Notes: generated by a model from the letters alone, not told the origin. A DNA stretch of 64,000 nt from Candidatus Latescibacterota bacterium (GCA_965248435.1 OZ252100.1:3808001-3872000), one strand, 5' to 3'; shown: positions 1 through 10,966, counted from the stretch's first letter. A program made the numbers and translations.

Positions 1-553
1 GTTTCGCGTCGATGGCAACGCAGGGATGCAATACAGCGAAGCCCTCCCCAGACTGAAGCGCATGGTCGAGCCCTACGGCCTGGAGTTCGTGGAGCAGCCC
101 CTCGCCATCTGGGATCTGGACGGTATGGCTCGTCTCTCGGAGGCGCTCTCGGTGCCGATTATGGCAGACGAGAGTGCGAACTCGATCCACGCGGTGATGG
201 AGCTGGTAAAGCAGAAGGCCGCCTCCATTGTCGACATCAAGCTGGCGAAGATGGGCGGCATCTACACGGCTCGAAAGATCGCGGCGATCGCGGATGCAGC
301 AGGCATCCCTCTGTATGCGGGAGGACAGCCTTCTACAAGCGTGGGTGCGGCGACGGCCGCTCACTTTTACGCCGCCACCTGGAATGTGATCGGTGGCGAT
401 TTTGCACTGGGCCCGGACGGATGGCTTGGCGCAGACACTACCCGGGAGCCTCTGCGCGTCGAGGACGGTTTTGCCTGTGTGCCGACGGAAGGGCCCGGCA
501 TCGGTGTCGAGCTGGACGAAGCCAAGGTTGAAAGTGTGTCAGTCCGAAAGTAG
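1..553 (+). CDS. Mandelate racemase/muconate lactonizing enzyme (enolase superfamily), 5'-truncated by window edge
   Basis: Frame open from base 2 (FRVDGNAG..); EQP, IMADES and DIKLAKMGG motifs; C-terminal GPGIGVELDE. Confidence 0.85.
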   Translation, partial: FRVDGNAGMQYSEALPRLKRMVEPYGLEFVEQPLAIWDLDGMARLSEALSVPIMADESANSIHAVMELVKQKAASIVDIKLAKMGGIYTARKIAAIADAAGIPLYAGGQPSTSVGAATAAHFYAATWNVIGGDFALGPDGWLGADTTREPLRVEDGFACVPTEGPGIGVELDEAKVESVSVRK

Positions 554-575
554 CTGACGTTACCGAAGGTGGGGC

Positions 576-1568
576 GTGATGGCGGAAGATCGGGCATCCA
601 GTTTGCACGAGGCCTTGATTATCATCGACGGATTGCAGGTCAGCCGATGGGGTGAACCGGTATTCCGTTCTCTCGTTCAGGGGGGGCTGACGGCGATCAA
701 CGCGACGGTCGCGGTGCACGAAAATTTCCGGGAGACCGTGGAGAAGATCGAGGGATGGAACGAGATGTTCGAGGCCCACGGCTCCCTGATCATGCCGGTG
801 AGGACCACGGACGACATCAGAGCGGCCAAGTCAGCGGGAAAGGTCGGTATCATCTTCGGCTTTCAGGATACCGCGCCGATCGAACACGACTCGCGTCTGC
901 TCTCCACGTTCAAGGCGCTCGGCGTGCGCGTGATTCAGCTTACGTATATGGAGCGAAACTACGTGGGGGACGGGTGTCTGGAACGGACCGATGCCGGACT
1001 GAGCCGATTCGGTCTGGAGGTGATCGAAGAGATGAACCGGCTCGGCCTGCTGATCGATCTCTCTCACGTGGGTTATCAGACGACGATGGAGGCGATTGAG
1101 GCATCGTCCCAGCCGGTCGCTTTCACCCACGCCAATCCGCGCGCGCTGTGTGATCATCCCCGCAACAAGACGGATGAACAGCTCCTCGCCCTGGTCAAGA
1201 AGGGGGGAGTCGTCGGGGCCAACATCTTTCCCCCGTTCCTGGCGGCCGGGTCCAGGGCGGCTCTGGAGGACTTCGTTGACGTGATCGATTATCTGGTGAA
1301 GGTCGCAGGGATCGATCAGGTGTCGATCGGGACCGATTTCACGGAAGGTCAGCCGGAATCGTTCTTCGACTGGGTCCTGATCGGAAAGAGCCGCAAAGGC
1401 CCGATCGCAAAGGTCGATTTTCCGATCGTCAACCCCAAAGGCATTCGTTCATCGGCAGAATTTCCGAATGTTACGCGTGCCCTTCTCAAAAGGGGGTACT
1501 CGGAGCCCGATGTCCAGAAGATCATGGGAGAGAACATGCTGAGACTGTTTAAAACAGTGTGGACCTAA
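576..1568 (+). CDS. Membrane dipeptidase (peptidase M19 family)
   Basis: IQLTY, DLSHVG, FTHAN, HPRNKTDE, IGTDF, KIMGEN motifs. Confidence 0.9.
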   Translation: MMAEDRASSLHEALIIIDGLQVSRWGEPVFRSLVQGGLTAINATVAVHENFRETVEKIEGWNEMFEAHGSLIMPVRTTDDIRAAKSAGKVGIIFGFQDTAPIEHDSRLLSTFKALGVRVIQLTYMERNYVGDGCLERTDAGLSRFGLEVIEEMNRLGLLIDLSHVGYQTTMEAIEASSQPVAFTHANPRALCDHPRNKTDEQLLALVKKGGVVGANIFPPFLAAGSRAALEDFVDVIDYLVKVAGIDQVSIGTDFTEGQPESFFDWVLIGKSRKGPIAKVDFPIVNPKGIRSSAEFPNVTRALLKRGYSEPDVQKIMGENMLRLFKTVWT

Positions 1569-1637
1569 GGGCCGTGGATCGTTAATCGTCGTTCGTCGAT
1601 CTTAAAGCAAACACACATTGAAGGAGGATAGAGAGCG

Positions 1638-3251
1638 ATGCCTGAAGCGCCGAGACTGATGTACAACAACGATGGAAGCTTTCTGCTGCAGTGTGCACCG
1701 CCGATGAGCCCTGACGAATTCGTCTACGAGTCGGTGGGCCGCGTGATCGGTACGCAGGTGGGCCGGGTGATCGTGAACATGTTCGGGTTTGGCGACGCAA
1801 TGCCTTGGTACAAGACGGAGATCCCGGAGGCGAGGCCGCCCAGGAACAAGACCTATTCCAACCTCCAGGAATACCGTATCCAGGAGAACCTGCATCACAT
1901 CTGGTCCCTGGACGTGGATGTCTGGGAGATGGCCGTCCAGGCGGCGCACGACGCCGGGATGGAGTTCTGGCCTGGGACCCGCTTCAACGACCGCCACGGA
2001 GAACGATTCGCATGGCTGACCGAGTGGCGAGTGAGCCACCCCGAATACAACATCCCGAAGGACTGCACCGAGGGAAGCTACCGTGTTCCCGGGGGGCCTC
2101 GGGGCCTGAACTATGCGCTGCCGGAGGTCCGGGCCTGGAAGATCAAGCTGATGGAAGAGGTCTGCACGCGGTATGACGTGGACGGCTTCGAGCTGGACCT
2201 GATGCGTGAGCCGATGGTCAGTTTTACGGACATCGAAGAGGGGCGCGCCATCCTGACCGAGTTTCTGGCCGACTGCCGCGCGGCGCTGGACAGGGTTGGC
2301 GAAAAGCGTGGGCGACCGCTCGGTTTTGGGATCCGCACGGCGGCGACGCCAGAGGCCACGCAAGAAATGGGCCTGGACCTGGAGGCCGTCCTCGAGCAAC
2401 GGTCCGTGACCACCATCTCGCCTTCCGTCTACTGGGATACCTCGACCGACGCGCCTTACGATCGATTCGTGGAGATGGCACGCGGCAAGGACTGCCACGT
2501 CTACGCCTGCCCGTCAGAGCAGATCGGCCCCGGTCCGCAGTATGTGCCCGCATCGAAGGAGGCCCTGCGCGGTGCCGCATACAACGCCTGGCACCAGGGC
2601 GTGGATGGCATCTACATCTTCAATTTCAATCACAACCCGACGTGCAACGTGGATGCCGCCGAGCTTTTCGCTCAGCTCGGTCACACGGAGACGCTGCGCT
2701 ACCGTGACAAGCGGTATGCGGTTTCGGGGATCGAGGCGCTGATCGAGCACTACGACACCGGTATCGTCGAGCGAGGGCATATGGAATCCTACCACAGCTC
2801 GGGCAGCTACTACTCCAGCTTCGAGCATCAGCTCCCTGTCGCCCTGGAGGTGACGCCCACGGGACCGGGCCGGGTTATTGACCTGCTCGTGTATGATGAC
2901 CTGAAAACCGCTGCCGAGCGCGGGATGCTGAAGTCCGTGATCCTTGAGATCACCGTGGCCGGATCCACGAAGGACGACGAGTTCGAGTTCAAGCTGAACG
3001 GCCATCGGCTGCCCGACCCGGAGAGCCCCGAGTTTCACCTCTATTCGCAGTATCGAATGGGTCCGCGCTGGAACGGGATGCAGGGGAACTACGCGCTGCG
3101 ATACAACCTGCACAAGGGGGAGCTCCTCGAGCAGGGCGCGAATGAGGTGGAACTGATGCTTCGGAAACGGAATCCCTTGATTGACTGCGATTTCCTGATT
3201 CACGACATCTTTCTGGACGTGTCGTTCCACAATTTGACAATGCGTGGTTGA
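1638..3251 (+). CDS. Putative glycoside hydrolase-like TIM-barrel protein (GHL10-like), paralog 1
   Basis: YNNDG, LNYALPEVR, YDVDGFELDLMR, GVDGIYIFN motifs; GGAGG RBS. Confidence 0.6.
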   Translation: MPEAPRLMYNNDGSFLLQCAPPMSPDEFVYESVGRVIGTQVGRVIVNMFGFGDAMPWYKTEIPEARPPRNKTYSNLQEYRIQENLHHIWSLDVDVWEMAVQAAHDAGMEFWPGTRFNDRHGERFAWLTEWRVSHPEYNIPKDCTEGSYRVPGGPRGLNYALPEVRAWKIKLMEEVCTRYDVDGFELDLMREPMVSFTDIEEGRAILTEFLADCRAALDRVGEKRGRPLGFGIRTAATPEATQEMGLDLEAVLEQRSVTTISPSVYWDTSTDAPYDRFVEMARGKDCHVYACPSEQIGPGPQYVPASKEALRGAAYNAWHQGVDGIYIFNFNHNPTCNVDAAELFAQLGHTETLRYRDKRYAVSGIEALIEHYDTGIVERGHMESYHSSGSYYSSFEHQLPVALEVTPTGPGRVIDLLVYDDLKTAAERGMLKSVILEITVAGSTKDDEFEFKLNGHRLPDPESPEFHLYSQYRMGPRWNGMQGNYALRYNLHKGELLEQGANEVELMLRKRNPLIDCDFLIHDIFLDVSFHNLTMRG

Positions 3252-3256
3252 TACAG

Positions 3257-3400
3257 CCCTAACCCCCCCAGCCCCCTCCCTCGGCAAGCTCGGGACATGC
3301 TTCCCTAAAGGGAAGGGGGAACTGGATTTTTCTTGAGTAACAGTAAAAGAATCGCGTCGTTCTCCCCTCTCCTTTAGGAGAGGGGCCGGGGGAGAGGTCT
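3257..3400. repeat. REP-like palindromic intergenic repeat (CCCCTTCCC/GGGAAGGGG + CCCCTCTCC/GGAGAGGGG)
   Basis: ttccctaaagggaaggggg and ctcccctctcctttaggagaggggccgggggagaggtc; related copies at 5127-5241, 6919-6938, 7481-7520, 18840-18895. Confidence 0.75.
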
Positions 3401-3485
3401 GATCGTACGCGGCGATCTTGCTGTCAGATCTGAAGCAGGAATTTCCATGAAACCCAACACACGCGTTAAAAGGAGAGAAAAGACG

Positions 3486-5099
3486 ATGCGTAAAGCGCCA
3501 AGATTGCTGTACAACAATGACGGAAGCTTTCTGCTTCAATCTGCGCCGCCGATGAGCCCTGACGAATTCGTTTACGAGACGGTCGGTCGGGAAATCGGTA
3601 CGCAGGTGGATCGAGTCATCGTCAACATGTTCGGATTGGGTGACGCGATGCCCTGGTACAAGACGGAGATCCCGGAGGCGAGGCCGCGCAGAAACAAGAC
3701 TTACACCAATCTTCAGGAATACCGGATCCAGGAGAACCTGCATCACCTCTGGTCCCTTGACGTAGACGTCTGGGATATGGCGGTACAGGCGGCACACGAC
3801 GCCGGGATGGAGTTCTGGCCGGGGACCCGCTTCAACGACCGCCACGGCGAGCGATTCGCCTGGTTGACGGAGTGGCGAGTGAACCATCCCGAATACAACA
3901 TCCCGAAGGACTGCACCGAGGGCCGATACAGCATTCCCGGGGGACCACGGGGCCTGAATTATGGACTGCCGGAGGTCCGGGCCTGGAAGATCAAGCTGAT
4001 GGAAGAGGCGTGCACGCGGTATGACGTGGACGGGTTCGAGCTGGACCTGATGCGGGAACCGATGGTCAGTTTTACGGACATCGAGGCGGGGCGTTCCATT
4101 CTGACCGAGTTTCTGGCCGACTGCCGCGCGGCGCTGGACCGGATTGGTGAGAAGCGAGGTCGGCCGCTCGGTTTTGGGATCCGCACGGCGGCGACGCCAG
4201 AGGCCACGCAAGAAATGGGCCTGGACCTGGAAGCGGTCCTCGAGCAGCGGTCCGTGACCTGCATCTCGCCCTCCGTCTACTGGGATACCGCGACAGACGC
4301 ACCCTACGATCGATTCGTGGAGATGGCCCGGGGCAAGGATTGCGAGGTCTACGCCTGTCCGTCAGAGCAGATCGGTCCCGGCCCGCAGTACGTGCCTGCG
4401 TCGAACGAGGCCCTGCGAGGTGCTGCGTACAACGCGTGGCACCAGGGTGTGGATGGGATCTACATCTTCAATTTCAATCACAACCCGACGTGCAACGTGG
4501 ACGCCGCCGAGCTCTTCGCTCAGCTCGGTCACACGGAGACACTGCGCTACCGGGACAAGCGGTATGCGGTTACGGGAAACACGGAGATGATCAAGAGGTA
4601 CGACACCGGTGTCGTCGAGCGAGGCTACATGGAATCCTACCACAAGTCGGGTGCCTACTACTCCAGCTTTGAACATCAGCTCCCGGTCTCGCTCGATGAG
4701 ACGCCCACGGGACCCGGAAAGATCATTGACCTGCTGGTTTATGAAGACTTGAAGACCGCTGCCGATCGAGGGATGCTGAAGTCGGTGGTCCTGGAAATCA
4801 CGGTGGCAGGATCCACGAAGGATGACGCGTTCGAGTTCAAGCTGAACGGAAATCGGCTGCCCGACCCGGAGAGCCCCGAGTTTCACCTCTATTCGCAGTA
4901 CCCGATGGGCCCGCGGTGGAACGGGATGCAGGGGAACTACGCGCTGCGATACAATCTGCACAAGGGGGAGCTCCTGAAGCAGGGCGCAAACGAGGTGGAG
5001 CTGATCCTTCGGAAGCGGAATCCGATGATTGACTGCGATTTCCTGATTCACGACATCTTTCTGGATGTGTCGTTTCACAATCTGACGATGCGCGGGTAG
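3486..5099 (+). CDS. GHL10-like TIM-barrel protein, paralog 2
   Basis: Near-identical to 1638-3251; start set at MRKAPRL by alignment with paralogs. Confidence 0.6.
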   Translation: MRKAPRLLYNNDGSFLLQSAPPMSPDEFVYETVGREIGTQVDRVIVNMFGLGDAMPWYKTEIPEARPRRNKTYTNLQEYRIQENLHHLWSLDVDVWDMAVQAAHDAGMEFWPGTRFNDRHGERFAWLTEWRVNHPEYNIPKDCTEGRYSIPGGPRGLNYGLPEVRAWKIKLMEEACTRYDVDGFELDLMREPMVSFTDIEAGRSILTEFLADCRAALDRIGEKRGRPLGFGIRTAATPEATQEMGLDLEAVLEQRSVTCISPSVYWDTATDAPYDRFVEMARGKDCEVYACPSEQIGPGPQYVPASNEALRGAAYNAWHQGVDGIYIFNFNHNPTCNVDAAELFAQLGHTETLRYRDKRYAVTGNTEMIKRYDTGVVERGYMESYHKSGAYYSSFEHQLPVSLDETPTGPGKIIDLLVYEDLKTAADRGMLKSVVLEITVAGSTKDDAFEFKLNGNRLPDPESPEFHLYSQYPMGPRWNGMQGNYALRYNLHKGELLKQGANEVELILRKRNPMIDCDFLIHDIFLDVSFHNLTMRG

Positions 5100-5126
5100 C
5101 CGTATCTCGTATCTCGAAAAAATCGG

Positions 5127-5241
5127 ACCTAACCCCCTAGCCCCCTTCCCTAAAGGGAAGGGGGAATGGATTCTACTCCAGCATCAGAAAAAAGATCTCT
5201 TCTTCTCCCCTCTCCTTTAGGAGAGGGGCCGGGGGAGAGGT
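5127..5241. repeat. REP-like palindromic repeat
   Basis: Same two palindromes as 3257-3400. Confidence 0.75.
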
Positions 5242-5259
5242 CCGAAGAGGAGAAGAACC

Positions 5260-6882
5260 ATGCCTAAAACCCCACGACTCCTGTACAACAATGACGGTAG
5301 CTTCATGTTTCAGAGCGCGCCCCCGATCAGCCCGGAAGAGTTCGTGTATGAGACCGTGGGGCGCGTGATCGGGACGCAGGTGGATCGGGCGATCTGCAAC
5401 ATGTTTGGCTATGGCGATTCGGTACCTTTCTATCCGACCGAAATCCCGGGCGCCAGGGGTCCCAAGAACGAGACCTACACATCGGGGCAGACCTATCGGC
5501 ATCAGGAGAACCTGCATCACATCTGGTCTCTGGATGTGGATGTCTGGGCGCTGGCGGTCCAGGCGGCGCACGACGCGGGGATGGAGTACTGGGCGGGGAC
5601 CCGTTTCAACGACCGTCACGGAGAGGCCTACGCCTGGCTGAGCGAATGGCGGACGAGCCACCCCGAGTATAACATCTCAGATGATTGTACCGCAGGCGCT
5701 TACGGACGTCAGGGTGGGGACAGGGGGTCGAGGGCGCTGAACTATGCGCTTCCGGAGGTCCGGGCCTGGAAGATGGGGCTGATGGAGGAAGTCTGCACGC
5801 GGTATGACGTGGATGGGTTCGAGCTGGACCTGATGCGGGCCCCGCTCGTCAGCTTTCCGGACATCGAGGAAGGGCGCGAGATCCTGACGGAGTTTCTGGA
5901 AGACTGCCGCAGTGCTCTGGACCGGGTCGGCGAGAAGCGGGGTCGGCCGCTGGGGTTCGGCGTTCGCATCCCAGGAACGCCGGAGATGACACACGAGATG
6001 GGTATGGACCTGGAGAAGGTGTTGGAGAATGGGTCGTTGACGTATATCGCTCCTTCCGCCACGTGGGATACCGCGACGGACCTGCCCTACGATCGTTTCC
6101 TGGAGATGGCGAAGGGCAAGGACTGCTGCGTCTACGCCTGTGTATCCGAGAACGTCGGTCCGGGGACGCAGTACTATCCCGCGTATGTGCCCGCGCTCCG
6201 GGCCGCAGCGACGAACGCGTGGAATCAGGACGTGGATGGAATCTATATCTTCAATTACAACCACTGCCCGACGACAAACATCGATCAATCCGAGATCTTC
6301 AGCCAGCTCGGTCATCTCGAGACCCTTCGATACAGGAGCAAGCGATACGCTGTGGCTCCAATCGCTCACGTTGTCGAGGTCTATGACACGGGCGTTATCC
6401 GACCGGGGTTTTCCGAGGAGGCGCACGGCCCAGGGGCTATGTATTCTAGCTTCAAACATCAGCTTCCGGTGACGCTGAGAGATCAGCCGACCGGGGCAGG
6501 GGAGGTGATCAACCTGCTCGTCTACGACGACCTGAAGACGGCCGTCGAGCGGGGGATGCTGAAGTCGGTGATCCTGGAGATCACGGTTGCCGGATTCTCG
6601 AAGGGTGACGTCTTCGAATTCAAAGTGAACGGAGAAGCGCTGCCGTATCCAGAGAGCCCGGAGTTCCACCTCTACGGGAGATATCGGATGGGGCCACGCT
6701 GGAATGGAATGCAGGGCAACTATGCGCTGCGCTTCAACCTGCGGTCTGGGGATATGTTCCAGTGGGGATGGAATGAGATCGAACTGACGTTGCGAAAGCG
6801 CAATCCGAAACTGCTCTACGATTTTGTGGTGCACGACATGTTCCTGGATGTGGAGTATCACAATTTGACGATGAGAGGATAA
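5260..6882 (+). CDS. GHL10-like TIM-barrel protein, paralog 3 (more diverged)
   Basis: Same motifs and same C-terminus (HNLTMRG) as paralogs 1 and 2. Confidence 0.6.
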   Translation: MPKTPRLLYNNDGSFMFQSAPPISPEEFVYETVGRVIGTQVDRAICNMFGYGDSVPFYPTEIPGARGPKNETYTSGQTYRHQENLHHIWSLDVDVWALAVQAAHDAGMEYWAGTRFNDRHGEAYAWLSEWRTSHPEYNISDDCTAGAYGRQGGDRGSRALNYALPEVRAWKMGLMEEVCTRYDVDGFELDLMRAPLVSFPDIEEGREILTEFLEDCRSALDRVGEKRGRPLGFGVRIPGTPEMTHEMGMDLEKVLENGSLTYIAPSATWDTATDLPYDRFLEMAKGKDCCVYACVSENVGPGTQYYPAYVPALRAAATNAWNQDVDGIYIFNYNHCPTTNIDQSEIFSQLGHLETLRYRSKRYAVAPIAHVVEVYDTGVIRPGFSEEAHGPGAMYSSFKHQLPVTLRDQPTGAGEVINLLVYDDLKTAVERGMLKSVILEITVAGFSKGDVFEFKVNGEALPYPESPEFHLYGRYRMGPRWNGMQGNYALRFNLRSGDMFQWGWNEIELTLRKRNPKLLYDFVVHDMFLDVEYHNLTMRG

Positions 6883-6938
6883 GAAGAACGTATCTCGTAT
6901 CTCGTGAAGGGTATCTCGGACCTAGCCCCCTTCCCTAA

Positions 6939-7324
6939 GGCTCTTCACCGAATCTAGGGGACGGCAAGAGGAAAAAGTGGCTATCTCTCGTTGCTCCCTA
7001 ATCTGTTCGCCCCACCCCAAAACCCCATGCCTCCGGCGGCCTACTTTTCTTGTTCGCCCAAGAAAAGTTGGACAAAAGAAGGGCTCCCCTCAGGCGCCGG
7101 GGAGGCTTCGGCCGCGGCACCTCACCCTCAGTGGAAAGGACGGTGGCGGCAATCAGGGCGGGACTCCTGCCCCGCTTGACGTCCACTATGGGACCGGCGC
7201 AGAGGGCCTAACCGCGTGGGAGGTGAAAGAACGAGGTTGCATGGGAGTCGCACACCGCGGCCCGGATGGCATTCAGCGGTGCAATAGAGCTCATTAGCTT
7301 GACCCCAACATTTGGCGAAGAACC
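6939..7324. mobile_element. MITE-like non-autonomous element, followed by a truncated second copy (7330-~7470)
   Basis: Imperfect terminal inverted repeats ggctcttcaccgaa / tttggcgaagaacc; first ~140 bp repeated at 7330; interrupts a REP palindrome after ttccctaa. Confidence 0.5.
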
Positions 7325-7535
7325 TTACAGGCTCTTCACCGAATCTAGGGGAGGGCAAGAGGAGAAAGTGGCTATCTCTCGTTGCTCCCTAATCTGTTCG
7401 CCCCACCCCAGAACCCCATGCCTCCGGCGGCCTACTTTTCTTGTGTCGCCACAAGAAAAGTAGACAAAAAAAGGGCGCCGTTCTCCCCTCTCCTTTAGGA
7501 GAGGGGCCGGGGGAGAGGTCCAAATTGGAGAGGTT

Positions 7536-8684
7536 GTGACATCTACGGCAGATATCGTGATCATCGGAGGCGGGGTGCAGGGGGCCAGCCTGGCCTATAA
7601 CCTCGCGCGTGCCGGGGCTGGAAAGATCGTCCTGCTGGAAAAGAGACAGATCGCCTCAGGGCCCACAGCTCGGTCCAGCGCGATGATCCGGCCGCTCTTT
7701 ATGGACACCGTCTACATCCGCCTCGTGCAGGAGGCGACCGATCTGTTCGAGCACTGGAGCGACGAGGTGGGTGGCGATCCCGGGTTTGTGCAGAACGGGT
7801 TTCTCCGGATCACAAATACGCTGGATGCGGATGCCCTCGGGGGAGATCTGGACCTGATGAAGGGCCTGGGGGTCGCGTTCGAGGTGTTGAAGGCCGACGA
7901 ACTGTCCCACCAGGAGGCCACCGGGGTGTTCAGAGAAGATGAGATGGGCGTTTTATTTCCCGGTGGAGGAAGCGCCGATCCGATTGCGACGACGCTTTCA
8001 CTGGCTGTGGCTGCCAGACGGAACGGCGTGGAAGTCATCGAGGGCGTGGGCGTCACCGGGATCGGGGTGGAGCAGGGCCGGCTCTACGCGATCCAGACAG
8101 ATGGCGGCGAGATCAACACGCGCGTGGCGGTGAATTGCGGGGGTGCGTGGGGTCACCGGATTGCGGCGCTCGCCGGCGTGCAGCTGCCGATCGAGATTCA
8201 CCGGACGCCGGTCTGTCTGTTCCGCCGGCCCGAACAAATGAGGGCAGAGGGCCCGATCCTGTCCGATGGGGTCAACGAAATCGTTCTGCTCCGGGCTGAC
8301 GAGAAGCAGTTTCGGTCCGGGCTCTTCGCCTGGTCGACGGACCCGGCCGATCCCGACGCTTACGACGAGACGATCAGCCAGGGGCAGCTTGACGCCTTTC
8401 GCAGGGCGCTGGAGCCGCGCTACGCCGGCATGCGGGAGACCGCTTTTTTGGGAGGATTTTCGGCGCTCTACGATATGACCCCCGACGCCCACCCGATCGT
8501 CGGTGAGACCGAAGTGGAAGGATTCTGGAACAACTGCGGCTGGAGCGGCAACGGTTTTGCCAGCGCCCCGGTGTTCGGCCGCTGCCTGGCCGCAGAGATC
8601 GTGGGCAGTTCCGGCAGGGATGAGATCGACATTTCCGCATTCAACTGGCCCCGGCCTCCAGGCATAAAAGAGCGCCATTTGTAA
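7536..8684 (+). CDS. FAD-dependent oxidoreductase (DAO/sarcosine oxidase beta-like)
   Basis: IIGGGVQG dinucleotide-binding motif; YDMTPDAHPIVG; GWSGNGF. Confidence 0.88.
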   Translation: MTSTADIVIIGGGVQGASLAYNLARAGAGKIVLLEKRQIASGPTARSSAMIRPLFMDTVYIRLVQEATDLFEHWSDEVGGDPGFVQNGFLRITNTLDADALGGDLDLMKGLGVAFEVLKADELSHQEATGVFREDEMGVLFPGGGSADPIATTLSLAVAARRNGVEVIEGVGVTGIGVEQGRLYAIQTDGGEINTRVAVNCGGAWGHRIAALAGVQLPIEIHRTPVCLFRRPEQMRAEGPILSDGVNEIVLLRADEKQFRSGLFAWSTDPADPDAYDETISQGQLDAFRRALEPRYAGMRETAFLGGFSALYDMTPDAHPIVGETEVEGFWNNCGWSGNGFASAPVFGRCLAAEIVGSSGRDEIDISAFNWPRPPGIKERHL

Positions 8685-8727
8685 TCGCCCCTTATCTGAC
8701 TGGAGACACAACTTCTGAGAGAGAAGG

Positions 8728-10710
8728 ATGGCGGAATTCCAGACGGCAGTCGAAGAAGGGAAACCTGAACCCGATCTGCGTCGGCCTGCAGAACGGGTCA
8801 CACCCCGGGCATTCGCGCTGGGACTGATCACGATTGCGGGTCTGTGTATCTTCACAGAGAACTACGGCAGGGGCATGGTCCGCAGCTTCATGCCGATCCC
8901 CGCACAGATGATGTTCATGGTCTGGGTCGGGATCTATCTGTTGATGAAGATCGTCCGCTTCCGATTCGCCCTGACCCGCACAGAAGTTCTGGCCATCTTC
9001 GGCATGGCCTGGCTCGTGGGCACCCTGCCCGGGTTGGGACTGGTGGGCAAACTGGTCGCCGACGTCTCAGGTCCGGCCTATTTCTCTTCCCCGGAGGACC
9101 GGTTCTGGGAGGTGGTCGGGCCGCACATGCCCAACTTCCTTTTCTTCGAGCAGGGCAACCCTGCCGTTGACAAATTCTACCTCGGGTTGGCCCCCGGAGC
9201 GTCGGTCCCATGGGGAGAATGGATCACGCGTCTCTACTGGTGGTTCGTCGGGACGGTAGGGGTGGTGATGGCTGGATTCTTCGGGACCGTGATTTTCTAC
9301 AAGCAGTGGGCCCAGAAGGAAAAACTGGCCTTTCCCCTGGCCCACTTCCCCCTGGAACTCCTGAAGGAATCCGGGGGCAGCCGGGTGCCCGACATCTTCA
9401 GACGCAGGGCCTTCTGGGTGGGATTTGCCTGCATGTTCGGGGTGATCGCCTACCAGGTGGCCAGCTGGAAGGTCCTCGCCCTGCCCAAGATCGTGGTGTT
9501 TGAGCATCGAATCTTCAACAACGTAACGATCGCTCGAGACTTCCCGCCGTTCAACACGCGGATCCATCCCTTTCTGCTTGGTCTGGCCTACCACTGCCCG
9601 CTCAACATCCTTTTCAACTTCTGGTTCTTCTACCTCCTGAACATCTTGAGAGAGGGGATCATGAACCGGACAGGGTTTTCCGTCGGCATCGAAGGTCAGC
9701 CGGCCACGCCGAAAGAGATCCTGACCCTGGAGGCTCACGGCGCGCTTGTCATCCTCGTGATCTGGTCGGTCTGGGTGGCCCGGGGTCACCTGAAGGAGAC
9801 TTTCCGGAAGGCCTTTTCCGGGCACAGGTCCGAAGACGACGGGCTGCCGGTTTCCTATCGTATGGCCTGGCTGGGATTCCTGGGTTCGGCGATCTTTCTT
9901 CTGGGCTGGCTGGTCTCGATCGGGTTCAACGTGCCGGTGGCGCTCCTGCAGATGGCGCTGCTCTTCATCATCTATTTCGGGATGGCAAAGTATGCGGCAG
10001 CGACCGGGTTTGTGTTCCTGCGCATTCCCGGAAACAAAGGCGTGGTGATTCTGAAATCCATCCTGGGGACGGCGGACTTCTCGCCGCGAAACCTGGTCGG
10101 GATGATGCTTGTAGATCGGCACGGGTTCGCGGGGCATCCGATACGGATGCTCTCGGTCCCGGCCATCCCGCACTTTTTTCACATGCTGGGCAACGCCCTG
10201 CGCCGCCATCCCCTGGTGACGCTCGCGCTGCCAGCGTCACTCCTGGTTGGCTATACTGTACAGTGCTGGGCGAACATCCAGAACGTCCACACGCACAGCG
10301 GCATGAACGTCGGCATGGTCACTGTCTGGCGATCGATGCTGGGGCAGATCCCCACGATCGAGGGGACCGACCTGACCTACTTCGATCCGGAGAAACTGCT
10401 CGTCTGGATCGTCGGGGGAGTGGAGGCGTCCCTGCTGACCCTCCTGAGCACCCGGTTTGCGGCCTTCCCCCTCCATCCCCTGGGCCTGGCCTTCCCGACC
10501 CTGTACGGGTTCACCGCCTTCCTGATCTGGCTGCCTAAGCTGATCATCCTCCGGTACGGGGGAGTGGCCCTCTACCGGCGCTCGATTCCTTTCTGGTACG
10601 GGCTGATTGTCGGCTACGTCATGGGGAATTGGGCGGGAAAACTGACCGGCATCGCCTTCTTTCCCTACGTCCGGGGCTACGGCTCCTCGATCGGTGTGCA
10701 CTACTGGTGA
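8728..10710 (+). CDS. Polytopic membrane protein, DUF6785/DUF6784-like putative transporter, paralog 1
   Basis: Many hydrophobic helices; KQW...EKLAFPL and FPLHPLG motifs. Confidence 0.6.
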   Translation: MAEFQTAVEEGKPEPDLRRPAERVTPRAFALGLITIAGLCIFTENYGRGMVRSFMPIPAQMMFMVWVGIYLLMKIVRFRFALTRTEVLAIFGMAWLVGTLPGLGLVGKLVADVSGPAYFSSPEDRFWEVVGPHMPNFLFFEQGNPAVDKFYLGLAPGASVPWGEWITRLYWWFVGTVGVVMAGFFGTVIFYKQWAQKEKLAFPLAHFPLELLKESGGSRVPDIFRRRAFWVGFACMFGVIAYQVASWKVLALPKIVVFEHRIFNNVTIARDFPPFNTRIHPFLLGLAYHCPLNILFNFWFFYLLNILREGIMNRTGFSVGIEGQPATPKEILTLEAHGALVILVIWSVWVARGHLKETFRKAFSGHRSEDDGLPVSYRMAWLGFLGSAIFLLGWLVSIGFNVPVALLQMALLFIIYFGMAKYAAATGFVFLRIPGNKGVVILKSILGTADFSPRNLVGMMLVDRHGFAGHPIRMLSVPAIPHFFHMLGNALRRHPLVTLALPASLLVGYTVQCWANIQNVHTHSGMNVGMVTVWRSMLGQIPTIEGTDLTYFDPEKLLVWIVGGVEASLLTLLSTRFAAFPLHPLGLAFPTLYGFTAFLIWLPKLIILRYGGVALYRRSIPFWYGLIVGYVMGNWAGKLTGIAFFPYVRGYGSSIGVHYW

Positions 10711-10715
10711 AAGGA

Positions 10716-10771
10716 ACGGGTACCGGGGAATCAAAACACGGGTACCGGGGTTCGGGTACCGGGTACCGTAA
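10716..10771 (+). repeat. GGTACCG-heptamer intergenic repeat (aaaacacgggtaccggg...)
   Basis: Recurs at ~14581, 20389, 23558, 24845, 28340, 30786, 35126, 37793, mostly just after stop codons. Confidence 0.8.
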
Positions 10772-10966
10772 TCGTATCCGCAAAGTGATACGAGGGATTG
10801 ACCCACCCCGCCCCGGCTCAAAAGCACACCGGGCACCCTGGAGAGACGTTTGGTGGAATAATAAAGCCCATTCCTTCGGGGGATGTAGGGGTGGCTGCGA
10901 TGAGTAGAAACTCCATTGTGACCCGCTCCGACCCAGGAGGGGATTTTTTGTGACGATCGAGGTGAG

